Assembly: GCA_000708835.1 (NCBI GenBank)
Contig: DF237229.1
Span: 1 to 64,000, forward strand
Direction: 5' to 3'
DNA from: Klebsormidium nitens
Taxonomy: Eukaryota > Plantae > Klebsormidiophyceae
Length of the DNA stretch: 64,000 bases
In this document: positions 49,917 to 62,629 of the stretch, piece by piece
How the letters are laid out: the number at the start of each line of letters is the position of its first letter
Position numbering within the stretch: position 1 is the stretch's first letter
The notes under the pieces: generated by a model
Databases searched by the model: none
Told to the model about the DNA's origin: nothing
What the model saw: only the letters and a program-made list of their open reading frames with translations
Program-made: the position numbers and the translations under genes

Positions 49917-51513
49917 ATGGAGCCCGCTCAGAGGAAGAGGCGCGTGCTCTTTGTCTGCAGCCATAATTCAAACCGCTCCATTGCTGCAGAAGCCATTGCC
50001 AGGAAGCTGCGTCCGGACCTGGATGTACATAGTGCGGGAACGCTTTCTGCGGGGTCGCTCAATCCGGTCATGGTCAGCGCGTTGGAAGGCAGGGGGTTCT
50101 CCACGGAAGGCATGTTCTCCAAGGTCAGTACTTTAAGCTTCTGATGACATTTGGCCAGTGTCAAAGTGGAAGTCGTCAACCATCTGCAGCGCCCCAGCAA
50201 ACCAGCGCGGCAGCCCTTTCGATTGCAGCTCTGCAATGCACTGTGGTATTGCACGTCACAATGCCTCTAGTGGACTGGGGCACTTTTGGTTTAAGTAAGG
50301 CAAACCATGATTCAAACGAGGCTTCTGACTGCCTGTGCTGCATCCCAACCTTTTGTAGTGGCAGACTTGATGCGAATCCCATATGTGTTTGAGAAGCATC
50401 ACCGCATGAATGAGTCAGCCCAAACTGCTGTCCTTCTTGGAAAGGAAGCAACATGAAGTGGGGGGCTTGGTCGGTAGATTATATGCTAAAGACCCCTGTC
50501 GGCTTGCAGAACCAGTCATCCGGATACGCTCTGATTGGGAACAGAGTATTAATACGCTGGGACAGTAACCAGCTCGGCACATGTAAGAGCAGAATTCAGT
50601 CTCCGATTGGCTTTCAATCCCTCTGTGGAGTACGTTGCTTGACAACATATGTCCGTGTCTGAGAAGGCTGACATCGGCAAGAGCAAGTGCTGATGCGCGG
50701 CTGGTTTATGCACGCTGTGCAGGGCATTGATGACGACACTGTCAAGGGACTGAACAACCATTGGGATGTAATCTGCACCATGGGCTGCCTGGTAAGTGCA
50801 TCACTGTGTAAGTAGGCTTGAGTTTGGAGACAGGTGAGTCCCAGAGTATCAGCTGCTTGCATCAAAGCTGACATCTGCTTTTGAGGACTCTGAACATGGT
50901 TCCTGGTCTTGAGCCGTTCGGTCAATGGCAAGGAAGACATTGTAATCTCAAGATCAGGAGCAATGTTGCGAAAAGTTGGAAGTCGATGGCATGCTTGACA
51001 CAAACCGCTGTATCAGCCCTTTATTCAGAACACACGATGTTTCGGAATCATGGGGATGTTCTACTTGAAGAGTCAGAAGGGTTGGACAAGGACAGATCGA
51101 ACGAGTCGTGCTTACTTGCACGTGTGCCGGTGTCAACATCCTATTATCTTTCCCAAGCACAGTGCCCACCAACTTGTGCAGCGGCCCGTTTCCGCTGCGC
51201 ACTTTCTTCTTCTGTTAATCACGCCTCTACTACAATGTGTGGCAACGCGGTTTGTTGGCCAGCATGAAAGCAGTATCATTTATTAAAGCATTACCCACTC
51301 TTGTTTTGATGAAGTACACCCTTAGTATGCCACCTCCTTTTCAACCAGTAGGGATCTGCGGTCTTTTGCTTGCCGCAGGCGAAGGGCCTACCTTACGACC
51401 CTCCTTCATCAACGGAGGTCTACGACTGGGGCCTGCCAGACCCGGCAGCGCAGCCGGAGCTCCTTGACATGGTTGTGGAGAAAGTGATTGAACACGTGAA
51501 AAGTATAAAATGA
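49917..51513 (+). CDS. Bacterial-type ArsC / low-molecular-weight phosphotyrosine phosphatase-fold protein, 3 exons, ~136 aa
   Basis: Exons 49917-50123, 50723-50791 and 51379-51513, all phase 0. Product has RVLFVCSHNSNRSIAAEA (P-loop CX5RS), VHSAG, WDVICTMGC and YDWGLPDPA. Confidence 0.85.
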
Positions 51514-52418
51514 GCCCAACACATTTTTGTGGTCACACTGCATCTGTAAGTCCCTGAGTTGTACGGTCAAAGGTTTCGTACCCAACGTTGTTTTGGTCCT
51601 TTGCTGCGAACTTGTAACAGGTTCGAAACCGCGCTGTTTCGGTCAAATGCATGTAGGCCAGGTGCAGTACAATGTTGAGCTCGATGTCAATCTTAGCTAA
51701 AGTGAACTTTGCAGGGGGCCCATGCAGTGCTCAAAGAAAAGGTTACAAGGTTAGTAGACTTCACACTGAGGGCCTCACGACATGATGATAGATGCTTGTC
51801 AGGCCGTGCTCAGAGCAAACATCGGTCTCAGTCTTGCTAACAAACACCGCCCAGGTCAAACGATGGTCTCGCTTTGAAAACATGGCCACGCGCTCGTCAT
51901 CTTAACAAGAAGGCATTAATCAGCCGGCCGCGGGCGGTCACGCACGTGATGATAACTTAGTATCAAATTGTGATATAGAATTTGTGTTCGCACACATGCT
52001 GCAGCGTTTTATAGGTAAATTGTCGGAACGTACAACCATGCTATGATCCGTTTCGATCCGCCAATACTGAAAGTTAAGTATATATACGTACTGATACTAA
52101 CAAACACAAGTAGACGGTACATCATGGTATATATATGCAGCCTGAGGCCAGTGCATTTCATGCATCATCCCGCGCAGGCATGTCGGATCAGTGCCTTCCG
52201 TGCATGCAGTTCGTAATATAAACAGTTGAAAGCAGAAACCTTATCAAAAAGTCTGGCACATGCATAGATCCACATCGTATGTCACCAATCCTTCCCTACA
52301 CCCTTCAAATGACTCACAGACGCAGCTATCCGAGTCTGCCTCTCGCTTCTATGCCGCTACCTATTGTCTTGGAAAGATTGACAAGAGTAGGATTGATCAG
52401 GCAGGTACGAAGCTATAA

Positions 52419-53889
52419 CTAGTTGTAGAAGTTGTTGCCCAACTCGTCCACTAAAGTCTTGAGAGCTGAGCTAGCTGGTATTTCAAAGTCAATTGTGTCC
52501 AAGAGTTGCGCAGATGAGACGTAATGTGGAGGTTCTTGGAACGTGATTACAACATCTGGATAACACTTTTGCAAATCAATGGCTCTCTTTGCAAGTCCAT
52601 CTATTGGACCCGCAATGTGCCTCAGATCTACATCCAGAGCCCTCAGATTAGGACAGCAACTCAGGACCTTGGTCATTAACCTGAAATCCTCCGAATTTCT
52701 CACGCTAAATTGGATGGACTTCAGGAGGGCAAAACGGATGCTCTCCAAAGCCTGGCTGCAATTGATGGACTCGTACAACTGACCAATTCCGGTCCCCATT
52801 TGATATTCTACTACCGTATGAGGCAAGATTTGTAGAAAAGTTGCCAGCGGACATCGCTCGCTTGCTATTGCCCAGTATTCAACGTTGATGTCGAGGTTGA
52901 CCTTGTCAAAACTCTCAAACGTCTGTAAAAGCGTCTCCACATTACTCACATGCCAATTCCCACCTTCAAACCGCAACTCGGTGAGGCTAAACTTGCGGTT
53001 CCCAAGTTCTAAGGACTCTATTGCCCCGGTAAAAGTCACACTTGTCTATTTCGGTGCTTTCAAGATGAGTCTGCTTAGCCGAGGGACTCCTTTGAAGGAC
53101 TGCAGGTTGGGTGCATTTATCACCAGATTGCCCCGGATGATTGCACGGAAGAAGTCTAGCTTTTCTAGTGTACAAGACTTTAACTTTGGCTCCTGCAAAC
53201 CAGGGCAGTACTTGAGGCTAAGTACCTTCAGTGCAGGCGCCTGAGTCAGCAAGGAGTGCAGGAACTGGTCGGAGATAGTTGCACCTTCCAGTCGCACTTC
53301 CAAAAGGTTGTTGAATGCCAGCAGTCCTCCCCAAGGGAACTTGGAAAGCAAACCCCGAATGCTTCAACAGCACGGTCTCGAGAGGGAGGGCTGCCAGAAG
53401 CCTCCAAAGCTGAGAGGATGCTTCCTCGGTCCGCGGACATTGACCACTGAGCAGGGCAAAGACCCTTAGGTTGGTGCACTGCCTCAGGATGGCAGTCAGC
53501 AACTCAATCGATGCACAGACCTGCACCTTCAGTGGATCGCCTTCGAACGTCCGGGTGTAATGCAAGGCCAAGCTGCGGAGATGAGGACCCATCTGAGTGA
53601 CCGCTTGCACACCCACCATGCTCCCCAGCGTATCGGAAAAGTCCCAGAAGACATGTCTAGCAGCTGCCAGAGCGTTCAATGCTCTAAATCTTTTACAGAC
53701 CACCGACAGTTGGCCCAAGCTCCGGGCGAAGACCCAGTGGCCCTCCCCAGCCACAGCTGGGATGGCTGGGAGCGGCCACACTTCCAAATGCGCGTCTTGC
53801 TTTTCCGCTGCTCTCTCCAGTATCTTCTGCAGAAGCTCGTCATCGAGCTGGTCAAAAGTGCAGCCGCCTCTGTGCTGTCCGCTGGCCAT
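52419..53889 (-). pseudogene. Intronless F-box/LRR gene with a frameshift and an in-frame stop
   Basis: F-box-like TFDQLDDELLQKIL...LSVVCKRFR, followed by LRR-like segments. The frame changes near 53330 (GTTCCC-T-TGGGGA). An in-frame TAG sits at 53046-53048 (KAPK*TSVTFTG). No intron signals bridge either lesion. Confidence 0.75.
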
Positions 53890-54877
53890 GTTCACGAACA
53901 AGGAGAGGTCCAGGGCGCAAAAAGGTCAAAGAACGAAGTTGTAAAAGTGTTCACATGCTACTTTTACGCAAGGTGCGTCAGCATCTTTGACAATCGGGGC
54001 ACTCTGCTCTCCTCGGTGACGATTTACAATATCTTGGTTAAGGGCTAGGTAACCGCAAGACAACCGGGTGGTTTTTGAGGGTCAGCTTGATCACGGTTAA
54101 AGCTTCCGGTCGAGCTGACACGATATACATTAAGCTTCGGTTTTGATCTTGTTCAGACCCCGGTTTGGTATTTGACTACCTAGAGAAGCAGTGACTTTTC
54201 GGTCATGGAAGGAAGGCAGGCTGCTACTGTAGTTAGTCTCTGCCCGGTGGTTTGGAGGAGTATTATAGGGTCGCCCGGTGCTTTTTTCAGGTTCCTTGGA
54301 TGACGCGCTACCGCACGCGCGACGACGAGATCTTTGGCAATCTGGCGGCCGACAGTGCCGGCCTTGGTAACACTCAGCTGGTAACACTTTTACAACTTCG
54401 TTCTATGTACTACTTGCGTCGAGGGCCGCCTCCACTACACCGTACACGGTACACCAACACTGCCAGGTGACCTCTCAATCTGTGCCTTGATAGTGTCCGA
54501 GACTGCGACTGCACCCAGGACCAGAGTCCAGGAAGCTACCGTAGCCTAAGATGGATTGTCGCTGTTTGGTCACCGGGTAAGTTGCTCGTCAGCTACCGTC
54601 ACGGCGAGTTCCCCCGTCATGCTCGCCAGCAGGTCCCAGAAACCGGCGTGCCTCTTGACGTCTTTCGGGGCGACCCTCCTGCCTTCAAAAGTAAATTGCC
54701 CTTCTTTCCCGACGGCGAAAGATTGGCTCCGACTCCCGGGTCCAGCAGGCGCTGCCAGTGCCAGGCGCAGCCTTGAAGATCACTGCTTCAGCGCTCTTTG
54801 ATTCTTGGAAGGTGGTCACTCGCCAACTTCGCAATCTGCAGAGAGTCTCGGGGTGTTCTGGCGAACAGAAGAGCGCC

Positions 54878-57800
54878 ATGGCAGGCACCCACACTCTCTT
54901 GCGGTTACCTGGACCCACTCTTACTACTTTGCAGTGCAAGGGCAGCCAGCTCCGGTCTCGCTTCGGGCAGGCTATTGCCTGTCCTCTGGTGGCGCGGCCC
55001 GCTGCGGGCAGCTGTCTTGAGCAAAGATGCACGGCGCACAAAGGTGAAAGGTTTGCGACACAGGTGGTTGCGGACAATGACGCCATTTATTGACACGGTG
55101 CCAATCAATCGTGCTTAGGCCCAGCAGTAATGAGACAATGCAGAAGTCTATGACAGGAGCTTTCAAGCACAAACACATCCCGCTGCCGTCTTTAGGCCAT
55201 AGTCCCGCAACCAAATGCTGCCATCTTACACTTTCTCAGACTTACTTCAATGTTTGTGCTGTGCCCTTCCTGCCGTCTCCTTCCTCTTACCTTTCTGGCT
55301 GGCTGTCTTTCCAGCCTGCTCAGCTGACACTAACTTCTTTCTGCATTGGGGCAGCCTTTCTCCCTGCTGGAACGGGACTATCAGCATCCCCGTTTCACCA
55401 GCGGCTTCTGCACCAGTCTGAGAGGAGAGGCGCTCTGAGGCACCGGCCGCAGGCGGTGGCCGACGTGCTGACGGAGGCCCCCCTGCCGGAGCAAGAAGTT
55501 AGAGAAAAGGTGCGGCTTCTTCAGCGGGCACTTGTCGTTTTCACTAGGGGTATTTTGACATGCAATGTAAACAAAAGGAACAAAGTGCTAGTCATGTCGC
55601 TGTAGCTTTGCTTAGCCGTCTTGGAGTGGTACGCTGGTGGAAGGCACGTGAAAACCATTCACAAGGTTGGTAAACGAGCGGCTCGGATTTCTTCTCAACA
55701 ACTGCTCAGTTTTGGGGGCAGAATCACCTTGTTCGGAGTTTCTTGATTGCCCTTTCCCAAGTAGCAGAAAAAAGGGCAGTGACAATTTTCAAAAAGAAGA
55801 CTTTATATTACACAATCCGCCGCAAAATATGAAAACGAGTTATCCTGAAACCCGCCGTCGTTAAAGCAGTCGGGAAATCAGCAAGATCTGTGTAGGAAAG
55901 ATTGAAGGTTTGAAAACCAGAGGTTTAACGTAACCTAAAACCCTGGAGTCGATATATCACACCATGGGCATGTATGTCTTGTACACTTGTGAGATTGTTT
56001 TCTTTGGAAATCATTCCTTTCCAAGTCGTAAAAGGTGTTTGTCAATCACGAGAGAAAAAAATTCCCAAGAGACTAATATAAATAGCAGCGACTTGTTCTT
56101 TCTTAAAATACAGTCCATACTTTTTGATAAAATGTGAAGGGACTGAAAGGGCCCCTGAGTCCTGCAGGCCATTGATGAGGTTGCGGCCCGCCTGGCTGCG
56201 GAGCATGGGTCTCTTCCAACGGGCCCGAATGGGCGGGATGACCGCGACCTGATTCTGTGGTTCCTCCGGGACCGCAAGTTTGACGTTGACAAGGCGGTTG
56301 AGAAGCTGGCCACCGCAATCGTATCCTTACAGCCTCTTCCGGGCAACTGTGGCACATCGACCGTTTTCTTCAGGGGTTTAATTTAAGAAATTCTTTCAGC
56401 CTTGCAAATGCCTCAAGGATATTCTAAGTAGCTGAGCTGAGCCAGGTTGCAGTAGGTCAAGGAAATGCAGGGCTCTACAAAACGATTGCTTGAATACTAC
56501 AGCGGGGGGTTTCTGTCTGGCGGACGCCGTAAAGGTCTCTTTTTGGACATTGCCCCGTTGCGCGTTTCCTTGACTCCCTGCTCAGCAATGGCGCACCGAC
56601 TTTGGCGTGGAGGCGCTCACGGACGAGAGGGTGGCTGCGTGCGCTGCCACGGGGAAGGCCTACTTGCACACGGCCAAGGACAAGGAGGGGCGCTCCGTCG
56701 TTGTGGTTGTCGCAGGACAGCACCGCCCCGAGGTGAGCACTTTCCCATTGCCCCACGAATCTTGATACAAGTTTTGTGGGCTGACACATTGGCCTGGTTG
56801 GTCAAGAAACACGATGGGAAGCCAGGTCGTAGAGCTACTCTTCCGGTCGAATCGTACTTACGAGGAGAGGTCGTGGATTCAGGTCCTTTGGATGGTCATA
56901 CAAGCGCTTTTTTTTTGTCAATCTGTTTGGCAACTTCGATGAGCTCCTTAGGGAGCGCAGTCGGTACAGGTAGTCCACAAGAAACGCTGGGTTGTAAGCT
57001 TCAACGGAAGTCTTAGAACGGGGCCAAAGTCGAACGTGGAGACTGCCAACGACAAGTTCGCCGTCTCAACGATGGCCAGTTCACCGAGCAGCAACCACCC
57101 ATCATTTGCAGTCGACAATCCATTCTCTTTTTCCTTTTCTTTCCCCCGTTTTTCCGCAACATGTAGTCCCTTGACTACAGATATCATTCTAAGGAGACCC
57201 CGCAACCAGATCCTCGGGCTTGTTAAACACACGAACATGATTCAGATCGTTACATAACGAGATGAGATGCTGAACTCGATCCTGCAAGACTTCCTTTCTT
57301 GTGATATTCGAATCCAGACCATCAGTCGACCCTTCGCATGCTCTCGCAACATTCATTCCTACGTTTCTGGGGGGGCCGGTCCAAGGTGGCACGGATCAGC
57401 GCCTTCATCCATAACCTGGAGCCAAGACAGAGCGAGAAGCGAAGACACCCCCATCGATTCAGTTGATCACCCTTAGAAGCGTGTCTCGCAGACCTCGGGT
57501 GTAACAACTTCTTCAAAGTGGCGGAGTTCTCTGGAGAGACTCGCGCCCGTTGCTGTCGTGCGTACATGTCCTTTGAAGGACGTCTCAGCTGATTATCAGC
57601 AAGACGTTGTGTCACAGACTTCGTGCTGTGTGAAACCATCATCAGAGTTACGGAGTTCTCCGGAATTCTGCGCGCCCGTCTCTCGCTTGCAGGAGTCTTC
57701 CGTTGGAGGACACCTCGGCTGATCGTCAGCAGAATCAATTGTTAGAGACTTCGCGGTGTCTTACACCACCTTCCAAGTCATGTGTTGGAGTTTTCCGGAG

Positions 57801-59351
57801 AAATCACGAGCTCCTCTTTGTTGTACAGGAGTTTTCGCTGGAGGACAGTCAGCGGCTGTGCGTGCACATCGTGGAGCAGGCGGTCGCCAACCTGGAGCCG
57901 CCGACGGAGCAGATTTTGGGCATCTTCGACCTGCGCGGCTTCCAGCAGAAGAACACCGACTGGCCCTTCATCAAGTTCCTCGTCGACATCTTCTTCAAGT
58001 GAGGCCGCTTTGCCACTTTTTCTTGTCCGCTCTGAGAATATGACGAAAGTGGTTGATGGAAATACCAACGTAGTACGGAGCTTTAGGTTGTAGAGGGGTC
58101 ATTTGTTATACTCTTTCGTCGTCAACTTGAGGAGAAAAGTCTGCGACTTTATTACGTGCCACTTCTCCTTGATGATTCAAGCCTGAGGTTTCGCAATGTA
58201 CCTCAATACCCTCTGTCCCTCCTGGTAATCTCGTTTGCCAGCGCTTCCGGACAACCCGCGGTTGACCTTCGCCTAGGTTAGTTTTTCAACAAGCAGTCTC
58301 ACGAAAGTTGTAAACGTCCGGACGTAAAGGCGGCGCTCGGTCGCCCAAGTAACGGCACCGCGATCTCCGTTCCCCTAATCCTTTTTGCCGTTTCTCTTGA
58401 TTCCTCTGAACACTTTGGGCACTTGATTCCCCTTTGTTTACCGTCAGACGCCGCATGCACGTTTCTGTATAAGCATTGGGGCTCAACGTAAATCTGCCGA
58501 CAAAAGCGCCTGATCATGCGCCCTGTTCTTCCAGGTACTACCCGAAGCGCCTCGGTCACGTGCTGTTCGTGGACGCGCCCTTCATCTTCCGGCCAGGCTG
58601 GGAGATCGTCAAGCCCTGGATCGGCAAATACAAGGAGCTGGTAAGCGCGCCGGCTCAGCCTGCCGCTGGAGCAGACTGCCTCTGACAAGTTGCGGATAAG
58701 GGAAGGCTGCTAGATCGAAAAGTACTCAGCAATGTCACAAGTGGAAGTGGATCCCGTATCGTCGCTTCTGTTCCGTGCCTTTGGAGTCATTTGATTTAGG
58801 CGAGCTCAACTTGTGTCGTCGACAAGCTCAACGGTGGTCCCCCTCTGGGGGCGACACCCAGTTTGATCGACCACAATTGACGTTTTTCACTCACCTTCAA
58901 GATCCTGTCTCCCTTTGTCTGGGGGCATTTTCACAAATTGGAAACGAAGTTAAAAAACAGTTCCTTTTTCTGTCCCACAACAGGGCATCATATATCCACT
59001 TTTCTATCTTTTTGATCCATCGCTGACGGTGGACTAACTCGAACGTGTCCAAGGACGTAAGCGGTGCTGTCTGCAGGCTCCGGGAACAGCCGAACCCCTC
59101 TCACTTTCTTAAGTTCCATTTGGTCCAGTCGAACGTCCGCAGCTTGTCCTCGAGGATCCTCCAACCAATTGGTTAAAAGAGACATGCTGCTTCTGAAAGC
59201 AACTGCATAGTGCAAACTTCAGACGCCCGCAAGGCAGGCCAAAGCGGGCGACTGAGCACCGTTTTGCATACCGCAGGTCCGGTTCTGCTCCGCCAAGGAC
59301 GTCAAGGAGTATTTCACGGACGAGACGCTGCCTCCCAACTTTCGGACCTGA
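54878..59351 (+). CDS. CPSFL1: Chloroplast Sec14/CRAL-TRIO lipid-transfer protein, CPSFL1-like
   Basis: Transit-like exon 1, then [33 protein letters not shown]...[35 protein letters not shown] and terminal [24 protein letters not shown]. These match the Arabidopsis CPSFL1 motifs as I recall them. About 7 exons. Confidence 0.9.
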
Positions 59352-60927
59352 CTTCTGTGAGCGCTGAAGCCGAAAGGGGGCCTGTGTTTGGTGCCCCCCT
59401 TTGGCGGGGCGGCTCCCATTTCAGTTTGGGATTGTACGCGCAGGTTGTTGAGTGTGCCCAACTCCGAGATTTTGAGCGTGTTGAGTTGTAACTTAGAAAC
59501 AAGGTAGCGGTACTAATCGTCCCCTAGGGATGTTGAGATTGGACCTATTGTTGCAGATTAGCTAGACATCCCCACGGCCATAGGTGTTGCTTGAATCGAG
59601 GCGGTAGGTCTGGTGGACTTCACCGACGGATGACCCCCTGATTTGTTGATGCTTTTACAGCTGTAGCTAGTGGACCATTTGAGCACTTCTGCGTGCTTGA
59701 GCGAGTAAATGATCACGGGCCGGTAGTTGTGAGAACAGGCCGCCCAGGCTTCCACTGCAGCCCGCGGCATATGTTGCCAAAAGAAGTGTAGTAGTGTCCG
59801 TTTACAACTCTATGTGATGCCCACCCCAGGCGGGGAGACCTGTTTGCAAGCTAGCCCGGCCCGCCCTTGATCGAGTTACTGATTGATTGCGCTCACCAAT
59901 GTCAAACTTAAAACACATATCTCATGCGCGAGTTCAAATTAATTGCAAGCGCGCCTTGACGAGCGGGGCCGGCCAGACATTTTTACCATATTAAGGTTTA
60001 TGTATATGCGCATATGAGCAGCCTAGGTGCAGGACTCCGTCCGCACGTGGCGCGCGGCTTTTACCATGTGATGATTGGTAAATTGAGTGTTCAATGAACA
60101 GTGGGCCGAAGTGCTCCGACACATATTTAACATACATTCTGATCGAGAGCTACTGAGCGACACACGTTCTCAAGCATATAGCGCGCAATTCCTAGTAAAC
60201 TGCGCCAAGCGCAAGCTTCGCATCAAAATCATCAATTAATATGAGCCACTGAGGGCTGCATAATCAAAAGAGCGGAATGCGTACATATGAAGACGTTTCC
60301 ATGGACCACGCTCAGTGTCCTCAGATCTTACATGTGGCAGGCCCTGCATGCGCATTCAGTTGGCATACGTTTCATGACCGAACATCAAACGTTGGTGGTT
60401 GCAGTATCAATTAGAATCACAATTGTGCGCCACGCGTGCACAGCCTAGACTCACTAATATCAAGTGAACCTTGGAACAACATGAAAATGATCTAGCTGTC
60501 AAGCGTTGCGTAACCGCACGGCCCCAATGCTCTGTGTTTGTGCAACATATCTATGCACCCAAGCTCTTTCGATCGGATGATCTTGCACGTCCATTGGCAT
60601 GACGGTCACAAGTTAGGCTGGAATGCAGCGTACCGTGACTGACTAAGCCGTACGTTCAATTGATCCTATAAAATGAGACGGCTTTACTTGCTTGCACGTA
60701 GTATGGAATGAGCCGCTGATCGACAGCTTTTGCAATATCGATCCAGAAACTTTTCCGCTCTTATTTCAGAAAGAATGCAGCTACAAGCTATTCCTTTGGC
60801 GGGTGCACTGATCATGCCTCCAACGGTGGCAATCGTGCATCTCGGTTTGACGTTCCTAAACCATCGAGCCTGACTATATTGGCTGGAAAAAGCCTTGCTC
60901 CTGTCTTCCTTCGACCGTTGCAGCCCC

Positions 60928-62629
60928 TCACCCGTGGTTCCCGTACCTCCCGGCCGCCTCACCCCGCTCATTGGTGCGTACCGGCGGGCCCGTGGCTTTC
61001 TTGAGGTACTCGATGACGTCAGCCCGGTCCTTGGGTTCGGGGAGGCCCTCGAAGTCCATCTTGGTGCCCTGCACGTACTTCTGCGGGTTCTCCAGCCAGA
61101 CGTACAACGTCTCCTCGTTCCAGATTGTGCCCTGCGGAGAACGAGACGAGAGTCGCTTCAGGGCCCTTTGAAGGCCAATCGATAATTTGGAAACACATCT
61201 GTAAACGAACACTCAACAAAATCCTGATCGACGTGGGGCGGTTGAGGAAAATCAGACGCAATTTTCGTCGACTTTGGCGACCAGCTCTTGCCTCCGTTAA
61301 AGAGCGAATAGCCTAACGACACGCGTTTAGATTCAATCCATGTACCGACCATGATGTCAACTAGAGCCGTCATTTTTCTTTTCTTCAACGGACCGCTGGT
61401 GCTGGCCTGCCAATGCAGGGCATACCGTACACAGGCAGCCTTTTTTCAAGAGCACCGAAATGCACGTTGTTTGCAATAGGAAAGAAAATTTGAATTGTAG
61501 CAATTTAATAAGTCCCAATGCTTTTGACTCATAAGCCTCGCCAAGAATGACGGCACCCTGACAACTCTACGAGTGTTCCCACCGGGGGCCGGAATCGGTT
61601 GTTTTTCTGGCCGAATTGCCGGTTCCAGAACCTTGCCGCACCAAAAGCATCTCGACTTCTTCACGAAGAAAAACCACATCTGCTTAGAGATTCTTATAGG
61701 AACCACTTCACACACTCGGACCATTATGCGTCTCATTCGAGAGGTGGACACCCACCTTCAGCTGGAGTGCTTGTGAGTAACCCCGAGGGAAGTCGGGAAG
61801 CCTCCCTGACCTACACAAACCGAGGCAGGCTGAGAGTGAGCAACCTTCAAGTATTTGAAACGGCGCTTTGTGAAAGTTCGAGAAGGAACTCCTTTGCAAC
61901 GCTATCTATTCAAATGCACACTACGGACGGTGCAATCTGCGACAAGTTCCGAAAACGCTGCACTGTCATGAAAGCTACTAAATGACGTACAGGATCAGAT
62001 ACCCTGAGCTCTTAACCTGCCAATCAAGTGGGGTGCTCATTTTCGAGCAGAATTTTTTGGAAGGGGTTCCAAAGACAGGTAGCCTTTCCTTAACCCGGTG
62101 CATGCAGCAACACAGTTGTTCAGACCTCATCCCTGTCTTGAGCCCAGACTCATCAGAGCGAGCATCCTCTAGCTGTATTTGGAATCAAGAGTATTTAGAA
62201 TACTAAGAAAGCCTAAGTAGAGCAGATTCTGTGCAAGTTACAGCGCAGCAGCTCTACAACCCCCATCTTCACCTCCCGCCACCTCTCCCATTTGATTACC
62301 AACCCTCCTCCCCAGCACACCCCTCTCAGCACCTTCCCACTGGCAACATTTAAGTGCTTTGACTTCTGAACGCCAGTTGCCCAAATGTGCACCCAGCCTT
62401 TCGCTGCATGACCTGGAAACCCCCTGGTCTTATCTGCGCGCATGCCCTCTCACCTTCTCCCAAACAGTCCCCACAGGTTTGGCGCTTTGGGTCCATGGGA
62501 GTCTGGCCCCGTTGCATTCGGGTTAATGGCGTGGCACTTGGCACACGTCTGCTTGTAGATCTCCTCCCCTCGTTGTGGATCCCCTTGGGGAGCTTTGGAA
62601 AAATCCTTGTCCGCGCCCGCCCGTGACAT
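60928..62629 (-). CDS. Divergent class I cytochrome c, 3 exons, with a C-terminal extension
   Basis: Exons 62629-62454, 61810-61756 and 61131-60928 are phase-consistent. Product is [144 protein letters not shown]. CxxCH and the GTKM axial Met are intact. Confidence 0.9.
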
